This document shows, piece by piece, positions 33,758 through 43,333 of a DNA stretch of 43,879 nucleotides. The notes under the pieces are model-generated. The model did not search any database and had not been told where the DNA came from. It saw only the letters and a list, made by a program, of their open reading frames with translations. Position 1 is the stretch's first letter; every line of letters begins with the position of its first letter. The translations under genes were made by a program, and so were the position numbers. The stretch is from Bacillota bacterium (GTDB lineage Bacteria; Bacillota_I; Bacilli_A; RF39; UBA660): the NCBI GenBank assembly GCA_022771715.1, contig JALELF010000081.1:1-43879 (forward strand), in the 5' to 3' direction.

Positions 33758-36703
33758 ATGTATTTAAAGGAAATAAGAGCTCATGGCTTTAAATCATTTG
33801 CGGATGATATAAAAATAGAATTATCAAAAGGTACTAACGGAATAGTAGGACCTAACGGTTCTGGTAAAAGTAACATTGTAGATGCAGTAAGATGGGTATT
33901 AGGTGAACAATCAGTAAAGTCACTTCGTGGTGATAATTCTATGACAGATGTTATATTTTCTGGATCTAAATCAAGAAATGCAGCTGGTAGTGCTTCAGTA
34001 ACATTAGTTTTTGATAATAAAGATAGATATTTGAAAATAGATAATGATACTATTTCAATTAAAAGAAAGTTATATAATGATGGTACTAATGAGTTTTATT
34101 TAAATAATGAAAAATGTAGATTAAAAGATGTAGTTGATATATTACTTGATAGTGGTATAGCTAAAGAAAGCTTTAATATAATTTCTCAAGGTAAAATTGA
34201 AGAAATTTTAAGTACTAAACCAACTGATAGAAGAATTATTTTTGAAGAAGCAGCAGGTGTTTTAAAATATAAAAAAAGAAAAGAAGATGCTTTAAGAAAG
34301 CTCGATAAAACACATGATAATATGACAAGAGCAGAAGATATTATAAATGAACTTGCTATTCAAGTAGAACCATTAAAACGTCAAAGAGATACTGCTTTAA
34401 AATATGAAGAATATAATGAAGAATTAGAAAAAACAGAAATAGCTTTAATGACTCATGATATAACTAATTTAAATGAGAAACTAATTAATACTAAAGCTAA
34501 AATAGATGATATTAGTCATGAACTTACAACTATAAATAATAGTAATTTAACTAGTACTACTAAAATAACTAAATATAAATTAGATTTATCAAAATTAGAA
34601 GATGAGATTAATGAAAAACAAAAAGAATTAATTAAACTAACTACTAATGTAGAAAAGATAAATAGTCAAAAAGAAATAATAGTTGAAAGAAAAAAATATG
34701 AAGTAGATGATATTAAATTACATGATAGTTTAATAGAACTAAAAGAAAAAGAGTTAAAATTAAAAAATAGCATACTTAAATTAGAAAATGAGTTAAATCT
34801 ATATAATGATAAATTAATAGAGATTAATAAAAACATAAATGAATTAGAAGAAATATTAAAAAAAATAAAGAGTGAAAAGCAGGAAGTAGAAAATAAATTA
34901 TCTATTTTAATAAAAAATAATAATAGTTTGAAATATAAAATAGATAGTTTAAATGATAATATTGAAAATAATTCTTTATTACCTTTACCTGTAAAACAAG
35001 TCTTAAATAATCATAATTTAAAAGGAATACACAATATTCTAGGTAATTTAATAGAAGTAGAAAATGTTTATTCGCTAGCTATTTCAACTGCTTTAGGTGC
35101 ATCTTCTAGTAATATTGTTGTAGATAATAGTGAATGTGCTAAAACAGCAATAAAATATTTAAATGATGAAAAAATAGGTAGAGTTACATTTTTACCACTT
35201 GACACGTTAAAACCTAAAGAAATTGATATTGATACTAAAAATACATTAAATAACGAAATAGGCTTTATTGGGATAGCTTCTAATTTGATAAAATATAATT
35301 CTCTTTATAGTAATATTGTTTCAAATATATTAGGGAATGTTATTGTAGTTGATAACATTGATAACGCTAATAGGATAAGTAAAATAATAAATCATCGTTA
35401 TAAGATTGTTACATTAAATGGTGAAGTTTTACATGTTGGTGGTTCTATTACTGGTGGTTTCAATAAAACAAGTAATATTATTACAATAAAATATGAATTA
35501 GAAAATTATATTAAAGAATATGAAAATAAAACAAATGAAATTAAAACATTAGAAAATTTGCTAAATGAATTTGATTATAAATTTAAATCAAAAGAAGATG
35601 AATTATATTTAGCTAATAAAGAAAAGATAGAAATTAATACTCTTATAGAAAATACAGATACTAGACTAATAGATAGTAAAGAAGAACTAACAGTTACTAC
35701 TAATAATATATCTGGAACAAATAGTGTATTAAATAAAACTGTAAGTATTGAAGAAGAAAAAATAATAAATAGTTATTATTCAGAATTAAGTAAAAAAGAA
35801 CAAACACAGAATGAATTAAACATACTACAAGATAAAAAAAATAAATTGAATGAGGAATTAGAAGAATTTGAACATGAAAGATTAAAAGATAATACACTTT
35901 ATAATACTAAAAATAAAGAATTAAAAAATTTAGAAATTGAACTTAATAGATATGATGTAAAAATAGATATGTTACTAAATTCTTTAAATGAAAATTATAG
36001 TATTACTTATGAAAAGGCAAAAAGTGAATATATTCTAGTAGATGAAGAAGACGTTTCTAGAAATAGAGTAAATGTTTTGAAAAACAAAATAAAAGATTTG
36101 GGTCCTGTTAATTTAAATGCACCGATAGAATATAATAAAGTAAGTGAAAGATATGAATTTTTAATTAAACAAAGAGATGATTTAGTTAATGCTGAAAATA
36201 TTCTTTTAAATATTATTAAAGAATTAGATGAAGTTATGGAAAATGACTTTTTAAAAACATTTAATTTAATTAAATCTAAATTTAATGAAACATTTAGAGA
36301 ACTATTTAAAGGTGGTTTTGCTGATTTAAGATTATGTGATGAAAGCAATATTTTGACGACAGGAATTGAAATTATCGCTTCTCCTCCAGGTAAAAAGTTA
36401 ACAACGATTTCTTTACTTTCAGGTGGCGAAAAAACTTTTACAGCGATTAGTCTTTTATTCGCAATTTTAAAAAGTAGAGAAGTTCCTTTTTGCATACTAG
36501 ATGAAGTAGAAGCAGCTTTAGATGAAGTCAATGTTTCTAGCTTTGGCGAATATATAAATAAATTAAAAGAAAAAACACAATTTATTTTAATAACTCATAA
36601 GAAGAAAACTATGGAATATGTTGATGTTTTATATGGAATTACTATGCAAGAATCTGGTGTTAGTAAACTAGTTAGTGTTAAATTAGAAGATATTATAAAA
36701 TAG
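33758..36703 (+). CDS. smc: Chromosome partition protein Smc (short form, 981 aa)
   Basis: Walker A GPNGSGKSNIVDA, long coiled coils, a hinge (GIHNILGNLIEV...GRVTFLPLD), signature LSGGEKTFTAISLLFAI and Walker B CILDEVEAALD. Confidence 0.93.
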   Translation: MYLKEIRAHGFKSFADDIKIELSKGTNGIVGPNGSGKSNIVDAVRWVLGEQSVKSLRGDNSMTDVIFSGSKSRNAAGSASVTLVFDNKDRYLKIDNDTISIKRKLYNDGTNEFYLNNEKCRLKDVVDILLDSGIAKESFNIISQGKIEEILSTKPTDRRIIFEEAAGVLKYKKRKEDALRKLDKTHDNMTRAEDIINELAIQVEPLKRQRDTALKYEEYNEELEKTEIALMTHDITNLNEKLINTKAKIDDISHELTTINNSNLTSTTKITKYKLDLSKLEDEINEKQKELIKLTTNVEKINSQKEIIVERKKYEVDDIKLHDSLIELKEKELKLKNSILKLENELNLYNDKLIEINKNINELEEILKKIKSEKQEVENKLSILIKNNNSLKYKIDSLNDNIENNSLLPLPVKQVLNNHNLKGIHNILGNLIEVENVYSLAISTALGASSSNIVVDNSECAKTAIKYLNDEKIGRVTFLPLDTLKPKEIDIDTKNTLNNEIGFIGIASNLIKYNSLYSNIVSNILGNVIVVDNIDNANRISKIINHRYKIVTLNGEVLHVGGSITGGFNKTSNIITIKYELENYIKEYENKTNEIKTLENLLNEFDYKFKSKEDELYLANKEKIEINTLIENTDTRLIDSKEELTVTTNNISGTNSVLNKTVSIEEEKIINSYYSELSKKEQTQNELNILQDKKNKLNEELEEFEHERLKDNTLYNTKNKELKNLEIELNRYDVKIDMLLNSLNENYSITYEKAKSEYILVDEEDVSRNRVNVLKNKIKDLGPVNLNAPIEYNKVSERYEFLIKQRDDLVNAENILLNIIKELDEVMENDFLKTFNLIKSKFNETFRELFKGGFADLRLCDESNILTTGIEIIASPPGKKLTTISLLSGGEKTFTAISLLFAILKSREVPFCILDEVEAALDEVNVSSFGEYINKLKEKTQFILITHKKKTMEYVDVLYGITMQESGVSKLVSVKLEDIIK

Positions 36704-36758
36704 TATTGACTTTTACTTTTTGTTTTGTTAATATATCGTGTAATTAGGGGGATATATA

Positions 36759-37052
36759 ATGAAAGATTTAGGTGTAAAAGATTACGGCATTCTTTTTTGT
36801 TTTGCTTTTGTTAGCTTTTTAATTTATTCTATTTATTCTTTACTTTCAATAATAGTTATTGGTGATATTTCTTATTTCAGTGGCATTGTATTATTATTTA
36901 CAATGATTTCATCAATATATTTTGTAATAAAATATCAAAGTAAGAATAATAAAATAATTATTAAAGAAAAAAAGAAAGTTGTTAAAAGAAACAAAATATA
37001 TAATATGAATAAAAGATATAATTATGAATTTAAAGAGAAAAAAACTTTTTAA
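36759..37052 (+). CDS. Small membrane protein (97 aa) with Lys-rich tail
   Basis: Two or three predicted TM helices followed by KEKKKVVKRNKIYNMNKR. SD AGGGGGA. TTGACT-17-TAATAT promoter upstream. Confidence 0.5.
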   Translation: MKDLGVKDYGILFCFAFVSFLIYSIYSLLSIIVIGDISYFSGIVLLFTMISSIYFVIKYQSKNNKIIIKEKKKVVKRNKIYNMNKRYNYEFKEKKTF

Positions 37053-37054
37053 TA

Positions 37055-37082
37055 TTGACATTTTATTTAATTATTATATAAT
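37055..37082 (+). promoter_or_regulatory. SigmaA-type promoter of the GNAT leader transcript
   Basis: TTGACA (37055-37060), 16-nt spacer, TATAAT (37077-37082). Confidence 0.55.
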
Positions 37083-37145
37083 TTTAGTGAGTGAGGAAAT
37101 ATAAGCATTATGCGAGCTATTTCGGGTATAAACTTACACGTATAA

Positions 37146-37184
37146 AACACGGAGTCACTTAAAGTAGTGGCTTTGTGTTTTTTT
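37146..37184 (+). terminator. Leader terminator (attenuator) upstream of tandem GNAT genes
   Basis: 13-bp stem AACACGGAGTCAC / GTGGCTTTGTGTT (three G.U pairs, valid only on the + strand RNA), an 8-nt loop, then T7. It begins immediately after the stop codon of an 11-codon uORF (37110-37145, MRAISGINLHV). Confidence 0.55.
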
Positions 37185-37217
37185 CTATTTTAATAAAGCT
37201 ACTTAGAAAGGAGAATT

Positions 37218-37745
37218 ATGAAATATTTTAAGAAAATTGAAGGAAGAAATCTTTACTTATCACCCATTAGTGAAGAAGATGTAATTAAGTATACTGAATG
37301 GATGAATGACTTTAAAGTAACCGATGGCATTAATATGAGTACTAAACTAATAGACATTAAGTCCGAAAAAGAATGGTTTAATAATAACAAAGATATGGTA
37401 TTTGCTATTGTTAAAAACAACGATGAATTAATAGGAAATGTTAGTCTTAACAAAATTAATTATTTAGACAGAACTGCTGAAATTGGTATTTGTATTGGAA
37501 ATGAAAACAATCGTGGTAAGGGTTATGGTAGTGAAGCTTTAAGTTTAATAATCAAGTATGCTTTTGATTATCATAATCTTAACAATATTATGCTTAGGGT
37601 TTATTCATTTAATAAGCAAGCAATAAAATGTTATGAAAAAGTAGGATTTAAAGTATTCGGTGTTAGAAACAATTGTCACTTTTGTAAGGGTGAGTATTGT
37701 GATGAAATATACATGCAAATAATTAATGAATTTAGAAAGGAGTAA
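37218..37745 (+). CDS. GNAT family N-acetyltransferase (RimJ/RimL-like)
   Basis: Acetyl-CoA binding motif NRGKGYGSEALSLIIKYAFD, with GNAT-typical length and beta-alpha pattern. SD AAAGGAGA. Confidence 0.85.
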   Translation: MKYFKKIEGRNLYLSPISEEDVIKYTEWMNDFKVTDGINMSTKLIDIKSEKEWFNNNKDMVFAIVKNNDELIGNVSLNKINYLDRTAEIGICIGNENNRGKGYGSEALSLIIKYAFDYHNLNNIMLRVYSFNKQAIKCYEKVGFKVFGVRNNCHFCKGEYCDEIYMQIINEFRKE

Positions 37746-37746
37746 T

Positions 37747-38310
37747 ATGAAATATATAGGAACTAAAAAAATAGAAACAGAAAGATTAATTTTAAGAAAA
37801 ATAGAAAAAGACGATTATAAGATGGCATATTATAATTGGTGTAATAGTAGTATAGTATGTAAATACACTATGTGGGATAAGCATAAAAATATAGATGTTA
37901 CTAAAGAATTATTTGATGAATGGATTCAAGATTATAAAGATTTAGATACATATAAATGGATAGTAGAAATTAAGGATACTAAAGAATTAATTGGAACTAT
38001 AGATGTTGTTTCTAAAAAATTAATGTCATATGGTGCTTGTGAAATTGGCTATTGCTACGGAGAAAAATACTGGAGACATGGTTATGCGACTGAAGCCTTA
38101 AAAGGTGTTATTAAATTTTTATTTGAAGAATGTGATGCTGAAGTAGTATATGCAGAATATATGAGTAATAACATAGGAAGCGGAAAAGTTATGGCTAAAG
38201 CTGGTATGAAATTTGAAGGATTTTTAAGAAACAGAATAGTTGATAAAGATGGTATAAGAAATGATTTAGGAGCTTATTCAATTACAAAAGAAGAATATTT
38301 TCAAAAATAA
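37747..38310 (+). CDS. GNAT family N-acetyltransferase (RimJ/RimL-like)
   Basis: ETERLILRKIEKDD..., YWRHGYATEALKGVIKFLF and AGMKFEGFLR. ATG 37747 with SD GAAAGGAG, preferred over track start 37726. Confidence 0.85.
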   Translation: MKYIGTKKIETERLILRKIEKDDYKMAYYNWCNSSIVCKYTMWDKHKNIDVTKELFDEWIQDYKDLDTYKWIVEIKDTKELIGTIDVVSKKLMSYGACEIGYCYGEKYWRHGYATEALKGVIKFLFEECDAEVVYAEYMSNNIGSGKVMAKAGMKFEGFLRNRIVDKDGIRNDLGAYSITKEEYFQK

Positions 38311-38361
38311 TTGCTTAAATTAAAATAATGTGTATAATATATTAATTATGGGGGTGTAGGT

Positions 38362-38595
38362 ATGCAATTAGATGAACTTACTTATAATGAAAAAATTGAT
38401 TATTTAAAATTAGTTATTGGTGAATTAAATAATGTTGATTTAAATAAAAAACTAGAACAAAGTTTTTTAAAAATAGTAAATCGTTTATCTATTATTTTAT
38501 GTTCTAGAAAATTAACAAATAATGAGTTAAATGGCTTTATATCTTGTTTGTTAACAATAAAAGAAAATAGTATTCAAATGATTAAAGCAAGATAA
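38362..38595 (+). CDS. Hypothetical small protein (77 aa)
   Basis: ORF with SD GGGGGTG upstream. Helical. No motif recognised. Confidence 0.45.
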   Translation: MQLDELTYNEKIDYLKLVIGELNNVDLNKKLEQSFLKIVNRLSIILCSRKLTNNELNGFISCLLTIKENSIQMIKAR

Positions 38596-38629
38596 TTGAC
38601 AAAACATTTATTAAGTGTTAAAATTTGAC

Positions 38630-38860
38630 TAATGGCGATGAAAATATTTAGTAGTAATTTAATACTATCACAGAAATCTTTTATATAGTTGAGAATAGAA
38701 GAATAAAGGTTAAATTATGAATTTCACTATTGGAGCTACAAAACGATGGTTTTGCGTATAAATGCGTTAAATTTTTAAAGAGCTGAATTTTTTCAGAATT
38801 TGGGTGGTACCGCGGATTTTAAACAGTAATTCGTCCCTTAGTGGATATTACTGTTTTTTT
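38630..38860 (+). promoter_or_regulatory. T-box riboswitch leader, Phe specifier, controlling pheST
   Basis: Promoter TTGACA (38596-38601), 17 nt, TAAAAT (TG-extended). Stem I base GCGATGA...AGTAG. Candidate specifier UUC followed by A at 38723-38726. T-box sequence AATTTGGGTGGTACCGCG at 38797-38814. Terminator AACAGTAAT (38822-38830) / ATTACTGTT (38847-38855) plus a T-run. Confidence 0.9.
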
Positions 38861-38877
38861 ATTTGGAAAGGATTAGT

Positions 38878-39921
38878 ATGGAAGAGAAAGTATTAAAAAT
38901 AAAAGAAGAATTACAAAATAAATTAACAAATATTAATAACTTAAAAGAACTTAATGATTTAAAAGTAGAATATTTAGGCAAAAAAGGATTAGTAAGTTCT
39001 TTATCTAGTATGATGTCTTCATTATCAATTGAAGAAAAGAAATCCTTTGGAAAACTTTTAAATGATTTAAAAAATGAAGTGACTAGTAAAATAGATGAAT
39101 TAAAAGAAAAGTTAGAAAAAGAAGAATTAAACAAAAAACTAGAAAACGAAAGAATAGATATAAGTTTACCTGCTACTAAAATAAGTTGTGGAGCACCTAA
39201 TATTTTAGAAAAAATAATAGAAGAAGTAGAAAGTGTTTTTATGTCTATGGGTTATGATGTAGTAGATGGACCTGAAATAGAATTAGATCACTATAATTTT
39301 GAATTATTAAATATTCCTAAAGGACATCCTGCAAGAGATGCTCAAGATACATTTTATATAAAAGATGAAGAAGTATTACTTAGAAGTCAAACTTCGCCTG
39401 TACAAGCACGTGTTATGTTAGAAAATGGTGGAAAAAAGCCAATAAGAATGATTTGTCCAGGAAAAACATATAGAAGAGATGATGATGACGCAACTCATTC
39501 ACATCAATTTATGCAAATAGAAGGATTGCTAATTGATAAAAATATAAGCTTATCAGATTTAAAAGGAACATTTGATGTAATATCTAAAAAATTATTTGGA
39601 GAAAATGTTGAAACAAGATTTAGACCAAGTTATTATCAATTTACAGAACCATCAGTAGAAACAGATATATCTTGCTTTGTTTGTGGTGGAAAAGGTTGTT
39701 CACTTTGCAAAAACACTGGCTGGATTACAGTAAGTGGAGCTGGAATGGTACATCCTAATGTACTTAGAAATTGTGGATATGATCCAAAAGAATGGAGTGG
39801 CTTTGCTTTTGGATTTGGCGCTGAAAGACTTGCTATGCTTAAATACGGTATTAATGACATTAGAACATTTTATCAAACTGATTTAAGAGATAGTAAGAAC
39901 TTTGATAGAAAGGAGGTATAG
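38878..39921 (+). CDS. pheS: Phenylalanine--tRNA ligase alpha subunit
   Basis: N-terminal coiled coil, class II motifs (HPARDAQDTFY, FRPSYYQFTEPS, GAGMVHPNV, GFAFGFGAERLAM). ATG 38878 with SD GGAAAGGA. The track's TTG start at 38863 lies inside the T-box terminator tail. Confidence 0.95.
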   Translation: MEEKVLKIKEELQNKLTNINNLKELNDLKVEYLGKKGLVSSLSSMMSSLSIEEKKSFGKLLNDLKNEVTSKIDELKEKLEKEELNKKLENERIDISLPATKISCGAPNILEKIIEEVESVFMSMGYDVVDGPEIELDHYNFELLNIPKGHPARDAQDTFYIKDEEVLLRSQTSPVQARVMLENGGKKPIRMICPGKTYRRDDDDATHSHQFMQIEGLLIDKNISLSDLKGTFDVISKKLFGENVETRFRPSYYQFTEPSVETDISCFVCGGKGCSLCKNTGWITVSGAGMVHPNVLRNCGYDPKEWSGFAFGFGAERLAMLKYGINDIRTFYQTDLRDSKNFDRKEV

Positions 39922-39922
39922 T

Positions 39923-42292
39923 ATGATTAGTTTAAATTGGGTAAAAGAATATATTGATTTAAAAAATGAAAACTTGAAAGATTTAGCTGTTAAAGTAACA
40001 GAAGCTGGAATTAATATTGAAAAAGTAATAACTAATCATATCGATAATTTAGTTGTTGGAGAAGTTATAGAGTGTGTAAATCATCCTGATAGTGATCATT
40101 TACATGTATGCAAAGTAAATGTGGGCGAAGTTATTCAAATAGTATGTGGAGCTAGTAACGTAAGAAGTGGTATAAAAGTAATAGTAGCGCTACCAGGAGC
40201 TGTTTTACCAGGCAATTTTGAAATAAAAAAAGGTAAAATTCGTGGTGTAGAATCTAATGGTATGATATGTGCTTTATTTGAACTAGGTTTAGAAGAAAAA
40301 AATGAAGAAAACTATAATAAAGGAATTACCGAATTAGGAAGCGATGCTATAGTTGGAACTGATGCTTTAGAGTATTTAGGATATGATGACACTGTATATG
40401 AATTAGATGTGCATAAACATCGTAATAATGATTGCTATTACCATATTGGTTTTGCTTATGAAATAGCGGCAATTTTAGGTAAAAAAGTTACTTTACCAGA
40501 AGCTAATTATAGTGAAATAGAAGAAAATATAAAAGATTATTTTAGTTTAGAAGTTGCTACTAAAAAATGTCCTTATTACTTAGCCAAAATGGTAAAAGAC
40601 GTAAAAATAAAAGAATCGCCTGAATTTATAAAAAGACGCTTAATATCAGTTGGAATGAGACCAATTAACAATGTTGTTGATATTTCTAATTATGTAATGC
40701 TTGAATATGGTCAACCAATGCACTTTTTTGATAAAGACAAGTTAGGAAATAAGATTTTAGTAAGAGATGCATCTGATGAAGTAATTACTACATTAGATGG
40801 AAAAGAAAGAAAATTAAATCAAAATGATATTGTTATTACTGATACTATAAAACCAGTATGCATAGCTGGTGTTATGGGTGGCGAAAATACTGAAATAGAT
40901 GAAAATACTAAAAATATTCTTATAGAAAGTGCTATATTTGATGCGACTAGCATAAGAAATACAGCAAATAGACTTAACTTAAAAAGCGAAGCTTCTATTA
41001 GATATGGAAAAGGTTTAAACTATGAATATACTTTAAATGCTATAAATAGAGCTTGCTATTTATTAGAAAAATATGCTGATGCTAAAATACTATCTGGTAT
41101 TGTTTGCCATGATGAGGTTGATAAAACACCTAAAAAAGTTTCCTTTAAAACAGAAGAAATTAATAAAATGTTGGGTATTAAAATAACAGATGAAGATGTA
41201 ATTACTGAACTTAATAAATTAGATTTTCCATTTGTACATGATAATGATTTATTTAGTGTTACTATACCTAATAGAAGACTTGATATAGATGCTAATATAA
41301 ATGATATAGCAGAAGAAATTGGTAGACTTTATGGATATCATAATTTAGTAGCGACCTTACCTAGAGTACCGATTAGACGTGGTGTTTATGTAAAAGATGT
41401 TTTACTTAGAAAAGAAGTTTCAAAGCGTCTTCGTTCATTAGGTTTAAATGAGTGTAAAACATATACTTTAGTTAGTCCTAGTATGAGCAAACAATTCGTT
41501 TATGAAAATAAAGAAAACATTGTTTTACCAAATCCAATGAGTGTCGATAAATCAGTTATAAGAACTACTTTAATACCATCTTTATTAAATATATATGACT
41601 ATAATAAAGCTCGTAATGTTAAAGATATATTCTTATATGAAATAGCTAAGACATATGATGTTAATTTTACAGAAGACGTAAAAGTTGCTGTTTTAATTAA
41701 AGGTAATTATATTGTTAATGAATGGCAAAATGTAAAAGTTAATGCAGATTTCTATGTATTAAAAGGTATTTTAGAAAATTTATTAGATTATTTAGGATTT
41801 AAAAATAGATATGATTTAGAAGTAGAAAGTATTAGTGATATGCATCCTGGTATATGTGCTAGAGTTTTATTAGATAGAGATTCTATCGGTATTATAGGTA
41901 GAGTAAATCCAATGATATCAAAAGATGATATTTATGTATTAGAATTATCTTTAACTAAAATATATGATAAAAAAATAAAACCATTAAAATACAAAGAACA
42001 ATCTAAATTTCCAAGTATTACTAAAGATTTAGCGTTCATAGTTAAAAAAAATATAAGTGCTAAAGAAATAACAAAAGAAATAAATCATGCTGGTGGTAGA
42101 CTTCTAACTAATGTAAATGTTTTTGATGTTTATACTGGTGATAAAGTAAATGAAGATGAGAAGTCTCTTGCTTTCTCTTTAACATTTATGGATAGTACTA
42201 AAACTTTAACAGATGAAGAAGTAATGTCAGTGTTTGATAAAATAATTGCTGGTGTTACTAGTAAATTTAATGCAGTATTAAGGGATAAGTAA
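39923..42292 (+). CDS. pheT: Phenylalanine--tRNA ligase beta subunit
   Basis: tRNA-binding domain (HPDSDHLHVCKVNVG), B3/4, B5 and FDX-ACB domains at typical length. ATG 39923 with SD AAAGGAGG. Confidence 0.95.
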   Translation: MISLNWVKEYIDLKNENLKDLAVKVTEAGINIEKVITNHIDNLVVGEVIECVNHPDSDHLHVCKVNVGEVIQIVCGASNVRSGIKVIVALPGAVLPGNFEIKKGKIRGVESNGMICALFELGLEEKNEENYNKGITELGSDAIVGTDALEYLGYDDTVYELDVHKHRNNDCYYHIGFAYEIAAILGKKVTLPEANYSEIEENIKDYFSLEVATKKCPYYLAKMVKDVKIKESPEFIKRRLISVGMRPINNVVDISNYVMLEYGQPMHFFDKDKLGNKILVRDASDEVITTLDGKERKLNQNDIVITDTIKPVCIAGVMGGENTEIDENTKNILIESAIFDATSIRNTANRLNLKSEASIRYGKGLNYEYTLNAINRACYLLEKYADAKILSGIVCHDEVDKTPKKVSFKTEEINKMLGIKITDEDVITELNKLDFPFVHDNDLFSVTIPNRRLDIDANINDIAEEIGRLYGYHNLVATLPRVPIRRGVYVKDVLLRKEVSKRLRSLGLNECKTYTLVSPSMSKQFVYENKENIVLPNPMSVDKSVIRTTLIPSLLNIYDYNKARNVKDIFLYEIAKTYDVNFTEDVKVAVLIKGNYIVNEWQNVKVNADFYVLKGILENLLDYLGFKNRYDLEVESISDMHPGICARVLLDRDSIGIIGRVNPMISKDDIYVLELSLTKIYDKKIKPLKYKEQSKFPSITKDLAFIVKKNISAKEITKEINHAGGRLLTNVNVFDVYTGDKVNEDEKSLAFSLTFMDSTKTLTDEEVMSVFDKIIAGVTSKFNAVLRDK

Positions 42293-42909
42293 TGAATTAC
42301 CAAGTAGAGTTAGAACATATTTTGGATATTAACAAAGGTAAAACACCAAGTTTATTACTTCACTCTTGCTGTGGACCTTGCAGTACTTATGTACTTGAAT
42401 ATTTAAGTAAATATTTTGATATAACTGTATACTATTATAATCCTAATATGGATACTGTAGATGAATTTAAAAAAAGGCTTACAGAACAAATAAAGGTTAT
42501 AAATAAATTACCTTCTACTAATCCTATTAAATTAATAGAAGGTAATTATGATAGTCAAAAATATTTAGATTATATAAAAGGTTTAGAAAGCAATTTAGAA
42601 GGTGGTAATAGATGTCATAAATGTTACTATCTTAGATTAGAAGAAACAGCTAAATTAGCTAAAGATAAAAATTTCGATTATTTTTGTACAACTTTAACAG
42701 TAAGTCCTTATAAGAATGCAAAGGTAATTAATGAAATTGGTTCTAAGCTAGAGAGTATTTATAATGTATCTTATTTATATTCTGATTTTAAGAAAAAAGA
42801 AGGATATAAAAGAAGTATAGAATTATCTAAAGAATTTGATTTGTATAGACAAAATTATTGTGGATGTATTTTTTCTAAAAAGACAGGGGATTTGAATGAA
42901 GAAAAATAA
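42292..42909 (+). CDS. queH: Epoxyqueuosine reductase QueH (DUF208)
   Basis: LLLHSCCGPCSTYVLEYL, YYYNPNM, RCHKCYYLRL and YRQNYCGC are the Cys clusters typical of QueH. TAATG overlap with pheT. Confidence 0.88.
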   Translation: MNYQVELEHILDINKGKTPSLLLHSCCGPCSTYVLEYLSKYFDITVYYYNPNMDTVDEFKKRLTEQIKVINKLPSTNPIKLIEGNYDSQKYLDYIKGLESNLEGGNRCHKCYYLRLEETAKLAKDKNFDYFCTTLTVSPYKNAKVINEIGSKLESIYNVSYLYSDFKKKEGYKRSIELSKEFDLYRQNYCGCIFSKKTGDLNEEK

Positions 42910-43216
42910 AATTTTAAAACGTCAAGTATTACTATATACTAAACAGTTGGTTTTAGCTTTAAGTAATTATGCTGAAAAGAAAATAAGTAAAGATGATTTA
43001 ATTAATTTAGTAAGTGATGTTTCCTTAGCTAACGAACTTATAAGTGTTTCAAATATGAAGTTTTCTATGGAATTGGCTTTTGAAAATCTAATGAATTTTC
43101 CATTAGGAACTGAAAGAATAAACTTTTCTATAGAAGATTATACTAATGTTTGCAAATATTATAACTTATTAATAAACGAAACTGTTAAACAAAAATATAA
43201 AAGTAAAAAAATGTAG
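42896..43216 (+). CDS. Hypothetical protein (106 aa)
   Basis: ORF overlapping the queH 3' end by 14 nt, with GGGGA upstream. No motif recognised. Followed by a weak AT hairpin plus T7. Confidence 0.45.
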   Translation: MKKNKILKRQVLLYTKQLVLALSNYAEKKISKDDLINLVSDVSLANELISVSNMKFSMELAFENLMNFPLGTERINFSIEDYTNVCKYYNLLINETVKQKYKSKKM

Positions 43217-43333
43217 TTTAAATAAACTATGTTTTTTTGTAAATAAATTGTCTAATTAAGTCTTAATTTGGCTTTAAGGTTGTTTGTAAATAAAATATTT
43301 TGTATAATTAATTTTAGAAGGGTAAGTGTTAAT

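Noticed and set aside
35700-36531. Minus-strand ORFs 35700-35897 and 36007-36531 (174 aa)
   Set aside because: They are antisense to smc. The Ser/Leu/Phe-rich composition mirrors the Lys/Glu-rich coiled coil, and there are no start signals.
37083-37217. Assigning the GNAT leader to a known riboswitch class
   Set aside because: I could not match it to any conserved riboswitch core I know (preQ1, guanidine, ykkC, ZTP and others). It is kept only as a generic attenuator candidate.
37253-37453. 66-aa minus-strand ORF
   Set aside because: It is antisense to and nested in the first GNAT gene.
38859-39860. Minus-strand ORFs 38859-39134 and 39636-39860
   Set aside because: They are antisense to pheS.
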